NCBI GenBank assembly: GCA_017998915.1
Contig: JAGOCE010000136.1
Span: 1 to 10,015 of the forward strand
Length of the DNA: 10,015 bases
Reading direction: 5' to 3'
Source of the DNA: Candidatus Ozemobacteraceae bacterium
GTDB taxonomy: Bacteria > Muiribacteriota > Ozemobacteria > Ozemobacterales > Ozemobacteraceae
The notes under the pieces are model-generated. The model was not told the DNA's origin. It worked only from the letters and a program-made list of their open reading frames with translations, and ran no database searches. Below are positions 6,813-10,015 of the stretch, one piece after another. Within the stretch, counting starts at the first letter, position 1. Each line of letters begins with the position of its first letter. The position numbers were made by a program, and so were the translations under genes.

Positions 6813-8126
6813 ATGGGTGATATTGCAGTAGCGGAACTTGGGTTGGTGGGGTGCGGGGGCGCGGGATTTCCGACGCATGTGAAGCTTGCGGCGCAGAACG
6901 TCGATCACCTGATCGTGAACGCTGCCGAGTGCGAACCCCTCCTCCACAAGGACAAAGAGATCCTCAAGCACGCAACGGACGAGTTTTTCAAAGGCCTGAT
7001 CCGATCGATCGATCTCACGAGGGCAAAACAGGCGCATATCGCGATGAAGCGCAAATATGCCGATCTGCTTGAAACGCTCGAAAAGGCGATTCCCGACAAG
7101 CGGATATCGATGCTGCCCCTCGGCGACTTTTACCCGTCGGGCGATGAATACGAACTGGTATATGAAGCGAGCGGCCGGCTGATCCCGTTCGGCGGCATTC
7201 CGCTGCACGTCGGGTGCGTCGTCAGCAATGTCGAGACGCTGCTGAACCTCGGCCGCAACCGGCCGGTCACGACGAAGATCCTGAGCCTTGCGGGCGCGGT
7301 TCCCAACCCGATGACCGTCGAAGTGCCCGTCGGCATCACGGTGTTCGAGGCCCTTTCCCTTTCGGGCCTGAAATCGCTCGCCGGCCTGACGGTGATCGAC
7401 GGCGGCCCGATGATGGGGCGGCTCGTGCGCGATCCGCAGACCGATGTCGTCACGAAGACCACCGGCGGCCTGATTGCGCTTCCCAAAGATCATCCCCTGA
7501 TTCGACGGATGGTGACGCCAGAGGCCCACAACAGGCAGATCGCCCGTTCGGCCTGCGACCAGTGCACCGACTGTTCCGAGCTCTGCCCCCGTGCGCTTCT
7601 CGGGTATCCCATTCGGCCGCACAAAGCGATGAGGACAGCCCAGCTTGCCCCGTTCAACGACCAGAATTATTCGCGCGATTCAATCTTCTGCAGCGAGTGC
7701 GGACTCTGTTCGCTGTTTTCCTGCCCCGAAGGCCTGCCGCCGCGTGAGATGTGCCAGATGGCGAAGCGCCACCACCTGTCCCACGGTGTCAAGCCGACCG
7801 ACTGGAAGGACGCTCCGCAGGTTCACCCGATGCGAGGCCAGCGCCGCGTGGGAATCGAACGGCTGATCAAGCGTCTGGGCTTGCTCGATTACGACCACAA
7901 GGCTCCCTGGACAACCATCCAGACACGATTCGAGAGAGTCAGACTGCCGCTGAAGATGCATGTCGGGGTGCCGGCCGAGCCGGTCGTCCGCGTTGGCGAC
8001 ACCGTCAAGGTCGGCCAGTTGATCGGTGCCGTACCCGACAAGAAGCTCGGCGCGCCCGTGCATGCATCGATCAGCGGCCGCGTCACCAGCGTCGATTCCG
8101 GCGCCATCGTCATTTCCAGGGCATGA
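6813..8126 (+). CDS. PduS/RnfC-like Fe-S flavoprotein (NADH dehydrogenase 51-kDa-subunit-like domain plus two 4Fe-4S ferredoxin motifs). BMC-associated oxidoreductase
   Basis: GxGGAGFPTHVK motif (LVGCGGAGFPTHVKL). Two CxxCxxCxxxCP clusters (CDQCTDCSELCP; CSECGLCSLFSCP). AGGAA RBS before the ATG at 6813. The upstream TTG at 6786 is a less likely start. Confidence 0.88.
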   Translation: MGDIAVAELGLVGCGGAGFPTHVKLAAQNVDHLIVNAAECEPLLHKDKEILKHATDEFFKGLIRSIDLTRAKQAHIAMKRKYADLLETLEKAIPDKRISMLPLGDFYPSGDEYELVYEASGRLIPFGGIPLHVGCVVSNVETLLNLGRNRPVTTKILSLAGAVPNPMTVEVPVGITVFEALSLSGLKSLAGLTVIDGGPMMGRLVRDPQTDVVTKTTGGLIALPKDHPLIRRMVTPEAHNRQIARSACDQCTDCSELCPRALLGYPIRPHKAMRTAQLAPFNDQNYSRDSIFCSECGLCSLFSCPEGLPPREMCQMAKRHHLSHGVKPTDWKDAPQVHPMRGQRRVGIERLIKRLGLLDYDHKAPWTTIQTRFERVRLPLKMHVGVPAEPVVRVGDTVKVGQLIGAVPDKKLGAPVHASISGRVTSVDSGAIVISRA

Positions 8127-8159
8127 AGCAGCCCCTGAACCAGAACTGAGAGAACCGCC

Positions 8160-8717
8160 ATGAACATCTCGCAGAATGCCATCGGCCTCGTGGAACTGTC
8201 CAGTATCGCCATGGGCTACCAAACGACCGACGCCATGCTCAAGACCGCATCGGTCGAACTCGTCCTCTCACGCACCATCTGCCCGGGCAAGTTCATCGTC
8301 ATGGTCTGGGGCGATGTGGCGGCCGTCGAGGCGAGCGTCGCCGCAGGCGTTCGCGTCGGCCAGGGGTATCTCGTGAACGATCTCGTCATTCCCAACCTGC
8401 ATCCCCAGATCTACCCGGCGATGACGGCAACCAACCCGATTCCCGAGACGGATGCGCTGGGCGTCGTCGAGACGTTCGACGTCGTCTCGACGATCCTCGC
8501 GGCCGATGCATCGGCCAAGGCTGCCGACGTGCAGCTCGTCGAGATCCGCATTGCAATGGCGATCGGCGGCAAGGCGTTCTACACGATGACCGGCGACGTC
8601 GCCGCCGTCGAAGCCGCCGTGGCGTCAGGGCTGAACGTGCTCGAGGGCCGCGGCCAGGTCGTCTACAGCGTCGTCATCCCGCGCCCCCGCCCCGAACTCT
8701 TCCGCGAGTTCATTTGA
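8160..8717 (+). CDS. BMC-T tandem-domain shell protein (two Pfam00936 domains; PduT-like)
   Basis: Two BMC-domain repeats: IGLVELSSIAMGYQTTDAMLKTASVELV... and LGVVETFDVVSTILAADASAKAADVQLV.... 185 aa. Confidence 0.9.
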   Translation: MNISQNAIGLVELSSIAMGYQTTDAMLKTASVELVLSRTICPGKFIVMVWGDVAAVEASVAAGVRVGQGYLVNDLVIPNLHPQIYPAMTATNPIPETDALGVVETFDVVSTILAADASAKAADVQLVEIRIAMAIGGKAFYTMTGDVAAVEAAVASGLNVLEGRGQVVYSVVIPRPRPELFREFI

Positions 8718-8768
8718 GAGACACAACGGGAACAGCTTCAGCACAGAGAACACAAAGAGCACTGAGTT

Positions 8769-8888
8769 CTCACAGAGAACCGCTGTTTTCTGGTAATAGT
8801 CTTAATGCTGTATAATATAAACTTTACTTATACAAGCGGTTGTTTTTCTCTGTGAAACCTCTGTGTCCATTGTGTCCTCTGTGGTAAA
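8769..8888. repeat. Second copy of the intergenic element (BMC-T to rpiB spacer): CACAGAG repeats after the stop, an AT-rich core containing TGTATAAT, and the motif CTCTGTGTC-n10-CCTCTGTGGTAAA at 8859-8888
   Basis: The motif is shared with 6731-6759. Partial inverted complementarity exists between CACAGAGAACCGCT (8771-8784) and AGCGGTTGTTTTTCTCTGTG (8835-8854). Confidence 0.45.
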
Positions 8889-8926
8889 GTTTTTGGTGCT
8901 CGAAATTGCATTTGATGGAGATGGGT

Positions 8927-9391
8927 ATGCCGAAGATCGTGATTGGGGCTGATCATGGCGGGTTTCCGCTCAAGGAGGAGCTGAAGAAGCACCTGGCTAC
9001 GGCCGGCCACACGGTCGAGGACGTCGGCGCCTTTTCGACCGATCCGGTCGATTATCCCGATATCGCCTGGCTCGTGGCCAACGCGGTCGCGATGAATCCG
9101 CACACGCTCGGCATCGTCATCGACGGGGCGGGCATCGGCTCCTGCATGGCCGCGAACAAGGTCCCCGGCGTGCGGGCTGCCTGCTGCAACGATCTCTACA
9201 CCGCGCGCAACAGCCGCGAGCACAATCACGCGAACTTGCTCACCCTGGGCAGCATGGTGATCGGCCCCGGCTTGATGAAGCAGATCGTCGACCTCTGGAT
9301 CTCCACCCAGCCCGCTCCCGGCCGCCACGCCGCCCGCGTCGCCAAGATCACGCGCCTCGAGTCGCTGGGTGCACCGCCTCAGAAGGTATAA
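8927..9391 (+). CDS. rpiB: Sugar-phosphate isomerase of the RpiB/LacAB family (ribose-5-phosphate isomerase B-like)
   Basis: MPKIVIGADHGGFPLKEEL...GIVIDGAGIGSCMAANKVPGVRAACC...REHNHANLLTLGS...GRHAARV is co-linear with E. coli RpiB (KIAFGCDHVGF...GILICGTGVGISIAANKF.GIRA..C...RQHNDTNVLAFG...GGRHQQRV). GGAG RBS before the ATG at 8927. Confidence 0.88.
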   Translation: MPKIVIGADHGGFPLKEELKKHLATAGHTVEDVGAFSTDPVDYPDIAWLVANAVAMNPHTLGIVIDGAGIGSCMAANKVPGVRAACCNDLYTARNSREHNHANLLTLGSMVIGPGLMKQIVDLWISTQPAPGRHAARVAKITRLESLGAPPQKV

Positions 9392-9484
9392 CTCCTTCCA
9401 ATTTCCTTTTGTGAACAGACTTTCCAGGCGAATTTTCTACGTCTCGGGGAAGAGGTTGCATGAAATGTGGTATCATTTCTTGTG

Positions 9485-9742
9485 ATGCCTACCGTTCTCA
9501 TGATTTACGGCTGGAGATTCTTTTTCTACGCGAACGAGCGCAATGAGCCTATTCATATTCATTGCAAAAGCGGAGACAAGGAATGCAAATACTGGCTCGA
9601 CTGCGACGATTTTGACGCAATTGAAGCCTATTCGTACAATATGAGCCCTTCAGACAAGAGGCTCGTCAAGAAGCTGATTTTCGAATATTTCGAACTCATC
9701 GAGAATTCATGGAAAGAATTTCAAGAGAGAAAGTCTTTATGA
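9485..9742 (+). CDS. DUF4160-family small protein (about 85 aa) in a low-GC island. Function unknown
   Basis: MPTVLMIYGWRFFFYANERNEPIHIHCKSGDKECKYWL matches the DUF4160 hallmark (MPT...GyRFfFYsNE.nEP.HiHv...g.eaKfWL). Local GC is about 42% versus about 65% upstream. Its stop overlaps the next gene start (ATGA). Confidence 0.78.
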   Translation: MPTVLMIYGWRFFFYANERNEPIHIHCKSGDKECKYWLDCDDFDAIEAYSYNMSPSDKRLVKKLIFEYFELIENSWKEFQERKSL

Positions 9743-9999
9743 ATAAGAGTCACATAATCCAGGATGTTCGTTTCACGAACGGAACCATGCAGATCATGAT
9801 CGATGGAAAACCGTATGAGTTCAAGCTCAATGCTGTTTCTTCAAAATTATCTGAAGCCACCGTTGAGCAAAGAAATGCCTTTGAAGTTTCACCTTCGGGT
9901 TATGGCATCCACTGGCCGCTGGTCGATGAAGATCTTTCGATCGACGGGTTATTGAATATTTCCCATGCGCTTCCGGTAAAAAAGACGAAAGCGGCATGA
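9739..9999 (+). CDS. DUF2442-family small protein (about 86 aa), translationally coupled to the DUF4160 gene
   Basis: ...MIDGKPYEFKLNAVSSKL...GYGIHWPLVDEDLSIDGLL matches the DUF2442 C-terminal pattern (I.WP..DeDls.d.L). Its ATG at 9739 overlaps the upstream TGA, with a purine-rich RBS, GAGAGAAAG, before it. The alternative in-frame start at 9709 lies inside the upstream gene. Confidence 0.75.
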   Translation: MNKSHIIQDVRFTNGTMQIMIDGKPYEFKLNAVSSKLSEATVEQRNAFEVSPSGYGIHWPLVDEDLSIDGLLNISHALPVKKTKAA

Positions 10000-10015
10000 A
10001 TCAAGGAGCGAAATA
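9996..10015 (+). CDS. 5' end of a third small gene (MNQGAK...), translationally coupled by a second ATGA overlap. Runs off the window
   Basis: The ATG at 9996 overlaps the TGA at 9997-9999. Only 6 codons are visible. Confidence 0.3.

Noticed and set aside
6783-8222. Minus-strand ORFs 6783..7622 and 7680..8222, and + ORFs 7214..7747 and 7751..8149, overlapping the PduS-like gene
   Set aside because: High-GC antisense or off-frame ORFs with no motifs. The annotated frame has GGAGFPT and two Fe-S cluster motifs.
9460-9484. Upstream ATG (9460, other frame) and GTG (9467, in frame) before the DUF4160 gene
   Set aside because: The 9460 frame terminates after about 30 codons. DUF4160 proteins characteristically begin MPT..., favouring the ATG at 9485. 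The GTG at 9467 cannot be excluded.
9709-9738. Alternative upstream start (MERISREKVF) for the DUF2442 gene
   Set aside because: It lies inside the DUF4160 coding sequence. The ATGA-overlap start at 9739, with a purine-rich RBS, fits translational coupling and family length better.
1-10015. CRISPR arrays, tRNA/rRNA genes, and IS or transposase genes
   Set aside because: No regularly spaced direct repeats, no tRNA-like cloverleaf candidates and no transposase-like ORFs were seen. The CACAGAG-type repeats are irregular in spacing and confined to two operon spacers.

Overview
High-GC (~65%) chromosomal window with three blocks. (1) 1-2211: the 3' end of uvrB on the + strand, then two minus-strand genes (a secreted hypothetical protein and a 9-TM membrane protein), with a G/C-rich bidirectional hairpin where uvrB and the hypothetical gene converge. 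(2) 2212-9391: a bacterial microcompartment (BMC) locus on the + strand. In order it has a promoter/leader/terminator region, an unusual ORF with a degenerate triosephosphate-isomerase-like segment and a consensus extended -10 promoter embedded in its 3' end, PduL-type phosphotransacylase, BMC-H shell protein, BMC-P vertex protein, CoA-acylating aldehyde dehydrogenase, PduS/RnfC-like Fe-S flavoprotein, tandem-domain BMC-T shell protein and an RpiB/LacAB-family sugar-phosphate isomerase. This gene set best fits a sugar-phosphate-utilising (SPU-like) BMC type. Two intergenic regions inside the locus carry a shared motif (CTCTGTGTC...CCTCTGTGGTAAA) upstream of the next gene and inverted CACAGAG copies downstream of the previous gene. 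(3) 9392-10015: GC content drops abruptly to about 42%. This block holds a translationally coupled DUF4160/DUF2442-like small-protein pair, with ATGA start/stop overlaps, and the start of a third coupled gene, which suggests a horizontally acquired module. No rRNA, tRNA or CRISPR array was seen. The ORF track translates GTG and TTG starts as M, and many long antisense ORFs are high-GC artefacts.
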